Assembly: GCA_964106915.2 (NCBI GenBank)
Contig: OZ066923.1
Strand: one strand, 5' to 3'
Source of the DNA: Podarcis gaigeae
Lineage: Eukaryota
Length of the DNA stretch: 64,000 nucleotides
The notes beneath the pieces were generated by a model. It was not told the DNA's origin. It did no database searches and saw nothing but the letters and a program-made list of their open reading frames with translations. Shown here one piece after another: positions 1 through 14,489 of the stretch. Each line of letters begins with the position of its first letter. Position 1 is the first letter of the stretch. The position numbers were made by a program, and so were the translations under genes.

Positions 1-188
1 GAAACTGTTCTTAACCTGAGGTACCACTTTAGCTAATGGGGCCTCCCGCTGTTGCCACGCCGCCGAAGCATGATTTCTGTACTCATCCTGAAGCAAAGTT
101 CTTAATCCGAGGTACTGTTTCTGGGTTAGCGGAGTCTGTAACCTGAAGCATCTGTAACCTGACGCGTCTGTAACCCGAGGTACCACTG
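1..188. mobile_element. Tc1/mariner (Tigger-like) MITE, cut by the window start
   Basis: Ends ...gtaacccgaggtaccactg followed by TA. Same family as the complete copy at 46333-46558. Confidence 0.85.
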
Positions 189-1424
189 TATAGATCAAAA
201 AGAAAAAAGCCACAGTTCAAACACAAGAGGTAATGCAGTATAAAAGGAACATTGGAAACTGAGACAGATGTGCTAGTATCATATCCAGCAAAAATAACTT
301 TTAATAACCCCCATATTTGTCTGCACCCTATGTCCACCCCCTTCCATTTCCAAGCAGAGATTTAATGGAAAATCCTTAAATTTCACCCAGAAACACACAT
401 TTAAAGTGCTTATGAGGTGGTGTGAGGGTTGCATGCTGGCTCATGTAAACACTGGGGGCAGACATGCCCCCCCCATGCAGTCCCCCTGGGAATGTTAACA
501 GGTCTTGTTGCTCTCAGGGGATTTGCTCAATGTGCTTCAGCACATACAGCAGAAACGAACCCTGCATGCTAGACACTATTTTAGAAGTTGAGAAGGAATA
601 TTTTTTGAGAGAGTATGCACCTGGGATTCGTTAGCTGGATACTGCTAATTGTTTCTTCAGTAGAAGAAAGTGATACTTCGTTTCCTATTTGGGAATGTGT
701 GGATTATGGCTAATGCTATGGATATAATTTTAAAAGTAGTCTCTAGTAGCCTTGAGTAAAGTCATCTTAATGGCTTGGGAATTGGTTAGGCTAGGATTGA
801 CATAAACAGGTAATCTTCAGAGTAGATTGTGGTCATTTGTGCCATTCTCAAGGAACTGTAGCTGTTTTGGGATACATCCTTCAAAACGTTTGCATAAATG
901 GTCTGGATAAAAGTGACGAAGTCAGTTTCTAAATTACAATAGCAGGTTCTGGATGGTGAGTTTTCAAAGCAGAGTATGAAGAGCATCAGGATACTCTCTG
1001 AAATTTTGATACCTGGGCAGCAGAATGAAAGTTGAAAATTTAATAAAGAGGAACAAGTGAAGAAAATAATGTGGCTACCCATACAATAATAATAATATTC
1101 AGTGTTTATTTCTATGTGCTCAAAGTACTTTGCATGGATTATCTAATATTTACAACTTACTTCTACTATGGGTCACTTGTACCATCCCCATGTTACATAA
1201 TGGGGCTTAAACTAAGATGTGAGAGACTGCCTAATAACCCCTGGTTGAACGGGAAATCTCTGGTTCACAGCTTACTCTTTCAACCTAGTTCTTATATTTT
1301 CATACCTCATGTTTTTTCTTGTTTAATTAGTTGTGTTCACCTCAGAGATGAAGAAGGTATAGAAAAGGGCAATTAAAATTTCATAGGTTTTATATATACA
1401 TATATATAGATCTTCCATCTAGAT

Positions 1425-1648
1425 CCGTGGTTCCCAACGTGGGGCACACGTCCCACGGGAGGGGTGGGGAATGATTTTTAAGGGGGGCAATTTGGAAGCT
1501 TGTTTAGACCAAGTTAATGGCCTTTTAGGCTTCCTCCACGTGAATAGGAGTTCACTTTTTGATAATAAGAATTATATGTCGGGGGTGGGGATCAGGATTT
1601 TAGAGATGCTTAGGTGGGGCATGGTCAAAAAAGGGTTGGAAACTACTG
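1425..1648. mobile_element. hAT (Charlie-type) MITE
   Basis: Termini ccgtggttcccaac / gttggaaactactg. 8-bp TSD atctagat / atgtagat fits the Charlie target preference. Confidence 0.8.
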
Positions 1649-4600
1649 ATGTAGATATTTATGGGGGGCGGGGGCAGGAATGGGGCTTAGCACTCAGTAG
1701 GGAAAAGGGAAATGTGACAAATGGATTCCTCCTCAGTCCAAATCAGCTCTGAGCCTACTGGGTATGGGATGTTTACTCTTGAAGGGTGTCCAGCATTATT
1801 ATTTGCAACAAATAAAACCTATTTAAATGATTTGTAGACCTCTGTGTCCCTTCACTTTTTGTGTTTGTTTTTTAAGGACTATCTTACATGAAGAGGTTGA
1901 GTAGAAAAGTAGCCATTGTATGTAAGTCAAGTTCACAACTGTTAAATAGCTGGACACAGAGTGACTTCTTTTTCAATAAGCATGCATAGGATTGTGCTGT
2001 TAATTTGTTTATATGTAAAATATTTTATTATTCAGATAATGGGCTTATAGCAAGCTAGAAAAGAGAATGTTGCTGCTGCCGCTGCAGAGAACTGCCACCC
2101 AGAGGATCCAACAGCTTCAATAAACATATTTTTTTTTAACAAGAGTACTAGAGTACTTGAAACACAAGAGCCTCTAAAACACTATCTCATGTACATTTCA
2201 GATTTAAAACTATATTTTAATATTTCTGTTCTCTAATTAGACTAAAAGCAGGTTCATTCAGGTGGGGGGGAGCGGGTTAATATTGCAAACAGGTTATTCA
2301 TATATCACAAACAGGTCATTGGTAACATGTTTCTTTTTAACTAATCAGTTTTTCCATGGAAAAGATTAAATCTCAATTAAATTAAGGTGGGGAAGATGTA
2401 AGGTAGCATTTTGATGCCAATATTGACAATGTTGTGTGGATACTGCAAAACCAACAACAATACTGCAAGGAACAATGAAACACCTGTATGGAAGCACTCT
2501 TACTGTATTAAATAATGCCAAGTTAAAAATACTATACTGATGCATGATACTGATTTAATTTATAGCCCAAGCTGTAGCCAACCTTTGCATATTTTTAAAA
2601 AAGAAATGTTTCCTCTTTGCTACTTTCATGTTTTGATGAGCAAGGGTACATAGTAATATTTCCATTATCAAACACTATATATACATCCGGTCATGAAAGT
2701 TTGGGGCAAATGCACTGCAAAACATACGTTGTTTGATACGGTTTACTGTTTTATAAATGAGTAATTTTAAAAAATTGACTAGTAGGAATTTTGCAGTCTC
2801 ATCCTGTAAACAACGCTGTCTTACCTTACCATGTTTCAAAATAGAGTAAGAGAGTTCATTTATGCATAGACAGCCTTTCCCCAAAATCTCTACTTGGGAC
2901 GTTGCTTTAGTCACTAGGGTACAAGTGACTATCTCTGTAGTAACAGCAAAATGGCACTACTGCTGGACCATTGATAACACAAGGATCTGAATAAAAATAC
3001 AAAATATCTAAAGCTTGGAATGTGAGATAATACGGCTTGGATCCTAAGCTCACACAAGGAGCATAGGAATGTGAGAAAAGCCTCCAGGACAGTGTGAGGT
3101 GAGGCACTGCAGGCTCCTGTGGAAGAGAGGATTACCTAAATTAATCTAGAGCCACATTGTGCCAGCACAGCTCCACTCATGAGAGGGTGGCCATTTTCCC
3201 TTGCCCCCCCCTCGCCCATCCTACACTGTACTGGAGGATCCCCTAAGAGAGGGTTTCCAAGATGTTGGAAGGAGGAGAAGGAGACAGGGAGATTCCCTTC
3301 CACAAACTTTCTCCTCCTCAGGCTACTTGTCTTTGAACTGGTTAATAGGTTTGGTGAAGAAGAAATACATGTCTCAAAATACAGTTCTATTAGTATTTAG
3401 GCAGAGCTGTGAGTCATTAAATTAATGCCTTGTTTGTCTTTGAGCTCCACTGAGCCACTGACCAGTTTGTCTGTAATGTTGCACAGACTGTTTGTGAACT
3501 CTGACCACTAAGAGTAATGGTTTAGCCATAACAATCAGTGCATGTTGTCAAGTAAAAGCCATGTTGGTTTGAGGGAGAACCTTCATACTAAGCCAACAGG
3601 GGGAAGGCCACAAGAGGGAGAGACTTGGGGTGGAAAGAAGGGAGAATGAAGTTCTGACTAGAAATCTTCCTTCTCCTCAGCAAAAGGACCAAAGTGCTGC
3701 ATGTATACTTCAAAATGGATTCCTGAAACAGCTAAGAGTCAAAACAACCCTGTTTTTTTTCATTTCCTTTGGGTGTGCTTATTACTTTGGTCACTCACTA
3801 CTGCTGTTGAGGCCTTGATTAGCTCAGTTCTGAGTTTCCCTTCTCAGACCTCAACTTTTCTTCAGCCAGCCTCTCCTTTCCATTCTTTTGTTTTGTGGAA
3901 AGGAGACAAGGGAGAAAGTCCAGAGCCTAAATTTCTGAACTCGCAAGGGATAAGGTAGATTGCTATGTGTAGCCCACATAAAGGGAAACACAAGATTACC
4001 CATAGGAAATGAAAGAAAATGCTACAAGAAGGAGCAGCCAACTTTTCCTTGTGACGCTCACAACAAATGCCATTATTGAAGTAAGTATTCTAAGTAAATA
4101 TTTTATAGCCTGCCATCACTCTGATGCTTGAGTCTTCTGGTGGGCAGTTCATGGAGTCTGTCAGAAGCTTGGGAAGCCCAAACAGCATAGGGTCGAAAGG
4201 ATTAGCTGGATGGATAAGGCAAGAGTTTAAGTGATATAGGAAACCCAAGAGGCAGAGGGATTAAAAGGAGGGAGAAGAGTGCTGAGGGAGGAAGGAAGGA
4301 GTGGTGGAAGGAGCTGCAGATTAAGATTAAGAAGGGGCTGATTGAAAGGATGGTGGCAATAAGAAAAAGGGTCAGGGAAGAACCTCACCAGAGCCTTGGA
4401 GGTGTGTACAATGTATAAAAAGTGTGATACAGAATGTGGACTAACCCTATATGGTGAAACTCTTTAAGTGGTGTTTGGGGATGCATGTGTGGTGTTCCCT
4501 AAGGTTACCTCATTTGATTAACGATAAAGCATATGGCAAAACACTTTCTGGGATGGTGACTTAACATCATGCCAGGTATGTTAGAACAATCTTGTGTAGA

Positions 4601-4697
4601 TACCTGAAAAATGTATCCATAGGGATTTTGTTTCCTAACAAGCAAAAATAATGGATTCGCCGTTAACCCTCTGCTGACTGACAGCATCAGGCCTTCA

Positions 4698-4910
4698 TGG
4701 CGCGGTGGCTAGAGTGTTAGACTTTGGCCTATTAGACTCAAGTTTCAAATCCCAGTTCTGTCACTGCTTGCTGTCTTTGGGAAAAATTATTCTCTCAGCT
4801 TCACTTCCACGTATACACAATGGAAAATGCAAGGTGAACAAATGAGGTATGGGTTGCAGAACAATTCGCAGATTCAAAAGCACTGTACAAATGTTGAATA
4901 ATTACTACAT
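4698..4910 (+). mobile_element. Ancient MIR/CORE-type SINE
   Basis: tRNA-like head (gtggctagagtgttagact...ttcaaatcccagttctgtcact), CORE-like tctctcagcttcacttccac, tail aaagcactgtacaaatgttgaataatta. Confidence 0.65.
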
Positions 4911-5635
4911 TATCTCAGTTTTAAAAATTGTGTTATTTGGCGAAGGATGTGGCAACTGGTCATTAAATGAGTAACCCTAGAAATAACAGAGCAATTTCAG
5001 CGTACCCATTGCTCTGTTAAGTACTTGTGTGCCGCAGCCAAATCCCAGTGCACTCTTTTGAAACATTCCCCTTAATATTACTAAATGTGTTTTCTTTGTA
5101 TTTAGGCTTTATCGCTGGGTGGATTTTTGTTTTGGTTTGTTAGTCTTTTCTAACATTTACCCAGGAGACAGAACTTAGCAGGTATTATAGTCTTTCACAT
5201 AAATATATCCCTAGTTTTAAAAGTGCATTATTTACTTGAAACACAAAAAATGTATTACAATAAATACGTAAGTGGCCTGTTTTCTTTCCTGTTCTTCAGT
5301 ACAAATCATATACCCAGTAGACTGAGTAGCTCAGCTAAACATTTGTTTAGGTAATTGTAAAAGCAAAACCATGCATTATGGAGCAAATACACTATGTACA
5401 TAAATGCATATTCATAAATGATAGTGGAATTTACCTCATAATAGGCACAGGTTTTAAATTGTGTTTGCACTCTGTTGTTGGGTATAAGACATTGATATGT
5501 TCCAGCCCTAAGAACAGAGGTGTGTTAACCACTAAAGGATGGAATTAAAAATGGAAATGTTAACCCAATAATTGAAAAGAAAAAATAGATTTTTGTCTGT
5601 CAGAACCCGACATAAGTTGTGCGTGAGAGAGATGT

Positions 5636-5990
5636 TTATTTAATGTATTTCTGTTTTATCTCCTCAGAGAAAACCTCACGGGTTGGCTAACAAAGTTAAA
5701 AACAAAATATTACATTAAATGTATAAAAAACAGAATAAATGTCCAAAGGTCTTGGCTAGTTGTAATGAACTTTGGCTAACTTTGGCTATTTTGGCTAACA
5801 TGAGTCCCGTCTCCCGCCCCCGCAAAAAAAATGATAATAGTTTGATAGTGGAACCAATTACCTAGGGTTGTGTGAGAGAGGGGGGTCCTTAAGGTATCTT
5901 GGTTCTGAGCCACATAGAGCTTTAAAAGTCAAGATCATCATCTGCATTGATACCATAATTGGATTGGGTGCCAGAGCAGCTCTGTAAGTA
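5636..5990 (-). mobile_element. L2 LINE 3' relic
   Basis: Reverse-strand L2 tail and degraded C-terminal region (ggtccttaaggtatcttggttctgagccacatagagctttaaaagtc). Confidence 0.5.
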
Positions 5991-6659
5991 GCTAAGCTGC
6001 ATCATAAGGACTTAACACATTATCCTGTTTTGTCTTGTAAAATAGGTGGCAGTTCATGCTAGACCAAATATGTCTCCATTTGTAGAACCATTCATCCATA
6101 AACCTGAAGTGGCGGCATCAGCAACTTTTGAAGGGGTGGGTGAAAAAATAATAATATGGTGGCTTACTTTTAATGTTAAGGTAGCCAACTTGTGTTTTAA
6201 ACAAAAGAAAAGAAAAGAAAAAGAAAAAGGTGGCAAGCTTTGCCATTTTTTCATATGGCAGTTTGACTACTCATTGGCCCATCAGCATTCCCTCCGAAAG
6301 TTTGGTCAGAAATCCCCATGGGAATGATTCTGTGTCATGATGTGGTGTCATTTCCATACAGCATTTGCCCCCAAATTTCAAAGGTAAGCTGAAAGACTAT
6401 AGAGGACAGCCAAGCCTCTGCTTGAATCAGTGGTTTCATTGTTTAGAAAGGGGAGAGGAACTTTGACCGCCCTCACCCAAATGCTCTTCAACTTCTCTGC
6501 ACCTGGATATTGATCCAATAACCCCCAAATACCGTAAATCTTTGAACCAAATGTGTCAGGCCAGCAGCAGTACTAGTCCTTTGAAATCGGTAAACGTGAT
6601 TTTGATAAAGCTACATACACTTGTCTGCACAGTAGTGCAGTAGCCAACTAGGTGAATAA

Positions 6660-6770
6660 GGCTGTATCCACATGGCAGTTTATTCATTTATTCTTACATT
6701 TACCCATTTACTTCCGCATTATATTTGGGCTTTCACATGATGTAGAAGCTACTTCTGGAAATCTAGTGGC
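6660..6770. mobile_element. PIF/Harbinger-like MITE fragment
   Basis: TAA then ggctgtatccacat..., aligns by eye with the left arm of the element at 45926-46233. Confidence 0.55.
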
Positions 6771-7277
6771 TTCTTGCAGCCAATCAGAAGACGTGCTTTG
6801 GTTTTCAAACGTTTTGGAAGTTGAATGGACTTCCGGAATGGATTCCGTTCGACTTCCAAGATACAATTGTAGTCCTTAGCTTATATCCCTTATTTGTTCC
6901 TTCGCTTATGCTGAATAACACTCCTGTTAAGTTTTGATTTTCTCATACTATTCTCTTTTCCCTATCTTTTTATGCTTTTATTATTAGAATGTAAGCCTGT
7001 GGGCAGAGCCTTGTTAATTTTATCCTTCTTTCAGTGTCATTTTCAGCACTTTGTGGACAGATCTGCTGTTCTTTTTCTCATCCTGTGTACCCAATCAAGC
7101 ATTAGTATACCCAGTGCTGTGGTAGAGGCACAGCTGGGATGCTCATGAGCTAACCTTGGTATCCAACCCCAGTTTAGCTCCTAGTGCGGGTACAATTGTT
7201 TTCGGTATCTTCCTGTGAAATATTTAAAATGTGGGAGCTGGTAGGCAGCCAGTTCTGGGTAGGGTTGCCTTCCTTTT

Positions 7278-7520
7278 GAAGAAACCAGGCAAAGGGCCTT
7301 CTCAGTAGTGGCGCCTGCCCTGTGGAACCTCCTCCCATCAGACGACAAGGAAATAACTATCTGATGTTTAGAAGACATCTGAAGGCAGCCCTGTTTAGGG
7401 AAGTTTTTAATGTTTGATGTTTTATTGTGTTTTTAATATTCTGTTAGGAGCCGCACAGAGTGGCTGGGGAAACCCAGCCAGATGGGCAGGGTATAAATAA
7501 TAAATTGTTGTTGTTTATTT
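7278..7520 (+). mobile_element. L2 LINE 3' end
   Basis: agggccttctcagtagtggcgcctgccctgtggaac... agagtggctggggaaacccagccagatgggcagggtataaataataaa tail. Confidence 0.85.
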
Positions 7521-9639
7521 TATTATGCGTACTTTGGGGGTTCTGCTGAATCCAACTTCATCATTAGTAGGGGTGGACAGAATCTCAGTTTCTCTCAATT
7601 TCCCATTTTTCCAGTGTTAAGTTTGGTTTTCCACATTTCCACATCAATTTGCGATTTATTTATTTTTAAAGTTATCCTGAAAATTCATCAGCATTCCTTC
7701 TAGAAAGCATATCTTGCCTTTATTAAAACACATACCTTCTTTTATAATTTCTTGAGAAAGTGTAACTCTGTCCTGTTCAGCAAGGACAGGATCACCTTAG
7801 TAGAAGCGAGATCTGATTGGTTACAACACTTCTGTTTTATTGCCTCACCTTTGTGGTGGGAAGCTTCAGTGAAGTGAATGACAACCTGCTGTAACTCGTC
7901 ATCTGTGCCTCAGTGAAATCCTTTTATATTCAAGCCAGGGTTTACTGATAATCCCATTCCTGTAACTAGGATGTCCCTTACACTATAAGTTGTTCAGCTT
8001 TTCCCGAAGGCTGCTCCATACTGCTTCCTGTGTGATTCCTGTGGGGACCCAATTTCTTTTCCATTACCTTTAGTTAGTGTCCCCTTCTTGCCTCTCATCC
8101 ACTTTCCTTTCCTCTTCAACTTCCTTATTTTCATTGAGACACCTCTTAGGAAAGCACAAGCCACTGTCATCCTGACAAAGGCGTTACTCTGCTTTTGCAA
8201 CACATTGGAGTATGGTTGGGGTTGAAGGAACCCAGAGGAAAATATATAGGATCTGAGTTCAAGGTCAGTTTGTCAACCACTACTTAAGGACCACTATATT
8301 GACAGACGGAAAGGTTGGATGAAACACTTAATCCGTGTCTGCTCTGTAGCCCAGCAGTAATAATGTGCTGACATGTTATAGGGGAAATCCAGCTTTTTGT
8401 TTCTCTTTGTTCATCCTATAGCAGAACAGGTAATTCTTGCATTTCAACTTTCTCACTTCTCCCTGTTCCTCTTACTTAATGAATCTTGATTTCTCCTAGC
8501 TCTCACAAGAGCTGAATTCCAGCTATTTACATGTGAACATTTCCTCTTTCTGTTTTTCTCTCTCTTTCCATAGTTAAGCCAGGTCTTCAAGACTGCCTCC
8601 AGCCTCTTCCCCCTATCTTAACAGTAGTAACTATGGATATTCTCTATGCAGTGTAGTAGGGTGGGTAGCCTGTGTAATGTGTAACTATTAATCATTTTAT
8701 TCCCCTTGTATTTCTAAATCAGCACTTCATGCTACAGTGTTTTTCTTTCACTCCTTAAGCCTTTTTTTTTTTTGAACAAAAATTCTAATTATAACAGCTG
8801 TGTGATTATTGCTAAATACCCCCAAATTAGTCAAGGTACCAGTGGTGTTTTAGAAAATGTTAATCCGGCCAATTGCAATAAGGCCTATAAGCAAACAATT
8901 GTCTTCAGTTTAGATCACAAGAGTAGTATTGTTAATTCCCCCAAATTATCATTTCTGTGATTTCACATGTAAGGAAATCACATGTGTACTGGTGCACAAG
9001 TAGATTTGGCAACACTAGGGGCTATTACCAGAGTGTAACTGCAACCTCACTTCTAGATACATTCCATTAGATACTGGAGCTATTCCAGTCTGATTGCCAA
9101 TTTAGTAGTTTGAGGACAGAACTGGCTTTGCTTGTCCTGACTCCTGGTGGATCGTTTACAGTGGGAGAAGGGGTGTGTGCGTGTGGGTGGGTGGGTGCGC
9201 GCTCACACACACTCTTGTACTGTGTGTTTTCCACCCTCACAGAAAGGAAGTTATGGCCACTCCCACTTGTTCCATTTCCTCTTTCCTTGTTTCTCTCTAT
9301 TCTTCATCTGTTTCTCTCCATGCCCTGCTGACCTGGCAGCAGCTGTTCTCCAGTGCTTTGAAGCATCCCAAGTTGTTGTGTCCCCTCCTTTCCAGTGGTT
9401 TCCTCCTGGTATCCCAACAGCCTTTGGGGTGGCTTGTGGCTTTCAAGCATCCAAAGATAACATCAGCAGTGGGTGCTGAGAGCAACGGCAGCTCCATATC
9501 TGGTGGACGGGTCCACACAACCTCACAGGTCCACCATCAGAGGCAGGTATGGACTGGTCAGGGGTTCTCCTGAGGACACGAGCCATTGGCTGTTGGTCCC
9601 ATAGTTGACAGTGTTTCTGGTTGTTTCTGGAGGGCTGGT

Positions 9640-10380
9640 CTCAGAAAGTGGAGTTAGGCTACTGCTGCTTCATCCCTCGCCTTTTAATACATGTGAAGCT
9701 GCTAGAGTCTGTCGTCACCCATGCTGTGTAATATCTTTGTGATATTGTTGGTTGTGGATCTGCAAGCTGAACCATTATCTGGGCAAAATATATCTAGTCA
9801 TAGTTTCTCATACCTTAGGGCAATCCAGATTGGATTATCCCTTTATGTGAGGTGCTAGGAAACCGCCATGAGTACAGATTGCTGTTGTCCGCTTACAGGA
9901 CTAGATTCTCAGAGCATATACCAGCATATATCAGCTGCTATCTAGTTTCCAGGACCAATTCAAAATTCCGTTTCTGTTAGTTAAATCTTGAAGGGTCTGC
10001 AACCAGGGTATCTTAGGGCCCACCTTTCTCCTTTACGAGTCTGTTGGTAAGTTCAGGTCACCTTCAGAGGCTGAGCTTTGTGTTCCCCATTCCTATACTA
10101 AGGCGTAGTAAAGACCTTCTTTGTATTGGACTGAGATTATGCTACTTTCCTCCCTATGATTAGGTTCATCTTGCTAATTTTCAGGCAGCTACTTAATATA
10201 CTTGAGGCCTAGAAAATCTTTAAATTGTATTATTCTTTCTGCCCCCCCAAATTCCCTACTACTGATTTTTACTGACTAATTTTAAAATCTGAAATAGTTT
10301 GCACATGTCAGGTGGTTCTTTGGATTTTTTTTTTACTGCAATTTTAATGTTTGTTGTATCCACCTTGTTTTGTTTTGTAC
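9640..10380 (+). mobile_element. Degraded L2 LINE (RT to 3' UTR)
   Basis: Relics of the FNIYMKPL region (ttttaatacatgtgaagctgct) and the C-terminal region (gtttccaggaccaattcaaa...gggtatcttagggcccacc). Boundaries approximate. Confidence 0.5.
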
Positions 10381-11048
10381 AGATTGTTTGTTTTGACACT
10401 AAGGTGACTGTGCATCTATAATCAGCACTGGCAATTTAATTTAATTTAATTTAATGTATTGCCTGTATAGCCCACCTTTTTCTCCAAGAATCTCAATGTG
10501 GTGGTCAAAATAAATGTCAACTCTGTGGCTTGTCCTAAGTTAAGTGTTTAAAAATCACAAAGTTGTGAAACTCCCCTTCCCCGTTCCCCCTCTCCAAACC
10601 CTTATGATTGCCCAGAGATTATGATGGGACATGAAAAGGCATGCACATTATGAACAAGATTTTCTTCTTATACTACTATGGGGGGGTGGGGAGACAGTCT
10701 CATCTGTCTCCAGTTTGGTGTGTATCTGGGGAAAATATATATGGATATTATGTTCAAATGTGGTATGGGACCAGAAACCACAGTCAAATTCAGACACCTC
10801 TAATTTTCTGTAACACTTTTAGAGATGTTTGTTATTATTAAATTCTTGGTTTGTCTTGTCAATTTGGTTGCTTACTTTTCCATCCATCCTCCTCCTATAG
10901 AATCACTGAAGTCCAGCCTCAACCCTCATCATAGGAGGCACAAGAGAGTGTTTTGGGAGGTGTTTCTATAAGGTTATATCTCCTTCACAGTTTCATAGAT
11001 GCTATTGGGTAAATTTATTCTTTCTGAAATGTAGAAGTCCCTTTAGAG

Positions 11049-11183
11049 CAGGTGTGGGGAATCTGTCTTTCCAGTTAGTGCTGAACTACAACTTCCATCA
11101 TCCCTGGCAATTGACCATTCTTGCCATGGCTGGTGGGTGTTGTACTCAGAAACATCTAGAAGACCATAGATTCCCCACACCTG
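11049..11183. mobile_element. hAT URR1-like MITE
   Basis: TIR caggtgtggggaatct / agattccccacacctg, internal actacaacttccatcatccc, TSD ctttagag / ttctagag. Confidence 0.85.
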
Positions 11184-14100
11184 TTCTAGAGAATAAGATC
11201 AATCCTCAAGCCACATTGTAGCATAGTCAACCATGTATCCATGATGAATACTCCTTATGACCTGATTGTTAAACTTCTGTGCGAAACATATGGATACCAG
11301 CAATACTTCTGTGAAAGCTAAGAACTCCATTCCGTGCCCATTTATATGTAATTGAGAATGCATTTGTCTTGAATGCAAGTGTGTGCAATGCTGCAATTTC
11401 TGTGCCGTCAAAGAAAGTGTTAGTTTTAGAGTATTAATGGCCATTGAGTTTCTAGAGTTACTCGTATGCTGTAACAGTATAGTTACAGCGTGCTATACTG
11501 AAAATTTGCTTTATTTCAGTAGATAATGCTGAGAATCACATCTCTGATTTTGGGAAGATGCACATCCAGCACTCTTACTACCACAATATCATAGCCTGAT
11601 TGTGGAAACATGCACCTCAACACAAACATTTAGGGATTCCAGCACACCCATGGCATGCATGAAATGCGATGGTAGGATTATTTTATTGTGTAAATTGTAT
11701 ATAGTGTATACTTTAGTGATAACTCTTAATATGGAGCAAGTAGTTATGTTCTCACATAGCTATGTCCTCTCATAGCATTGGTTTATTGATGTAGTGATTA
11801 CTGCATTATTGTTAGTCTGTGAAAACTGTTCCAAAAGAGCATTTATTAAATATTCAGTAGTTGCTAAATAAAAGCACATGCTTAGGCTGTACTAATTGCT
11901 TGCCACATTCTATTAGAGCGCTTCAAAATGTATCTTGATGTATCTTGATACAAAAGTGGCTGCATCCAGCACAGCTTGCCAATTAAGAGTATAAGAAAAA
12001 AGGGTGAAAGTAACAGGGACAAAATGTTTAAAAGAGGATAACGTAACCAATATGGCTAAATTGGGGTAGTTTAGTCGCTTAAAAAGAGAGGAGGGGAAAG
12101 AGTATTTGGAATGCATGTCTATTACATGCTGGACAAGACTTTGCAAACCAGACAGTCCTGAAATTATCTACATTGGCAATGTTACAGGAGTCCTATTTGT
12201 AATGTACTCCACTATGTTACAGTATAGTTTTGGTGTGCGAGAGCCATATTTTTCTATGTAAAGAAGATATAATCAAATTATGGGTAAACCTAACCTTCTG
12301 CATAGCTGGATTCAGCTGATTATTTCATCAAATTATTGATCCAATTATTGATTATTGATTAACTACCTGTAAGGTTTGAGGCAAGTTGGGCTCAACTATG
12401 TAACTATATGAGCATCAGTTACAAATATATGAAGAAAACAAGTGGAGGGTGAGTACCGTACTTTCAATAACCAGATCTTTTATATATTCCGAATGTACCA
12501 AGAACGTCTTTTTTAAAATAAAAAAATGGCGATTGTAGGGTACGGTATATGTTCCTATAGGGTAGGAAATACAGACTAATTTACAGGGAAATAATGTTTG
12601 TTTGGCTTTTTCTGTAAATTATCTGCTACATGTCAGAAACCTTCAATGGGGTTGGGGATGCAAACAGAGGACCTTGGAATAAATTGTACGTAATTGTCAG
12701 TGTGTTGCCCAAAGCATGTATGTTTACAGTTCTGGAATGCAGTATTGATCAGGTACCTGTTTGATCAAAACTGAAACAAAATGGATAACACCAGCTTGAA
12801 GACAATGCTTTTAAAAATCACATTGAATACATGAGGAAAATTTAACAACCAGAAACACTAGGTTCTTGGACTAGTTCCTTGATCCCTCTTACTAGCCCAA
12901 TGGAATTTCAGCAGTAAAGCTTTTTAATTATTGTTCTGACATTGCATGTTTAACTCTAATCAAACAGTAAACCAATTGACCATAATATCCTGGTTTTATA
13001 GACTGTGGTTTGAATAGCTAGCCAAAGATAACCTCCACTGTTCTTGATAGATATTTAAAGCAATTACCCAGTGATAGAGTAGCACTCATTCAAAAGGGAA
13101 GAGGATTTTAAAACGTTTCCTTTAGATCCATAACAATAAAACATTGTTCTACTCGTACTTGCAGAAATAAAAATGTGATTTAATGTGAAAATGGCTTACA
13201 GAGTCTTTATCTTTAGATATTATTTTTGCTTAAGAAATCATGTTGCAAATTGCACTTGGTAAAGCAATAGAACTGTTGCTATTAACCTGCACCCATCCAT
13301 AGATAGTACTCTTGTGTGCATTCCGGAAACATGTATTGGATAACAGAAAGTGCCATTAATAAGGTTTGAGGGGAGGGAATAATGAAAGCCATTGTTCATT
13401 GTGAAGCCAAAATATGTGAGTTGTTCAGAATGCATTTGGGGTTATTGTTAAAATTATAAAGAATTTTTCATTAGCATTATAATGGGTATCTGTGGAAACA
13501 TTACAAAAGTAAAGGTACTAAGCACTCTGATTTTAAATAACTACCACTTTTTTATGAAGAGCAATGGGTGAATTATCTTTGGTGTTTTAAGGAAGACCTA
13601 CTTAAAATATAAAAAACCAAGTGCAATGGGGGAGCAAAGTCTTGTCAATTAGTTGCTGGACATTACAAAGGAATAAAACATTCATTAGAGGAGGATACTT
13701 ACAACTATATGGTATTTCAGCGTCCGGCAGTAGTTCTTTACTTCAGTGATTTAATCAGTCATGTAAGAAAACTTGACTTCATTCTTTATAGCGATTATTC
13801 ATTTGCTCTTTAATCTGAAGTAGATTTTATATGTATTCTGGCAACCTCTGTCCTTAGCAAAGCTAAACACTGATATCGAGAACTAATACTGGAACTGATC
13901 TGTGATATATATTTTTTATCATGTGAATAAGCACTGCATTACAAAGTCCATTTTAAATTTGTAAATAATTTCAAATGTACACCATCAAAACTATGCTGAA
14001 GAACAAGTACACTGCACAGCAACCATAAGCATATTGCTCATTCAGGAACATGGCAAGGTGGGAATTGAAATAATTTTAAGGATGTGATCCCAGGATTTAC

Positions 14101-14489
14101 TTTGGGCACACCCAGGCTATGCGCGTAATCAGTGTGTTGCCTGACTACTTTTTTGAGCACCTGATTCCAAATGCTGTATCACAAACCATTGTTAAAAGTT
14201 CCTTAGATTGCACTGGTGCATTGCGAGGAGGAGACTTTTTGTTTCCTGTGTCACAGAACTGGCTGCATGGCCTTGACTCTTTTTTCCCCTTTCAAATTTT
14301 CACCAATAGAATTCTTGGAGTCAAAACCACCCTTGCCATTTTAAATATTTCTTTTAACATAATTAAAAAATATATTTTTTAATTTGTTTTAAATGATCTC
14401 AGTTTGCTGTCATTTGCATGGTGTGTGTATAGCCACACTTTGCATGATATTTGAACCTAATGCTGTAACTCACATCTGTAGAAATTAAT

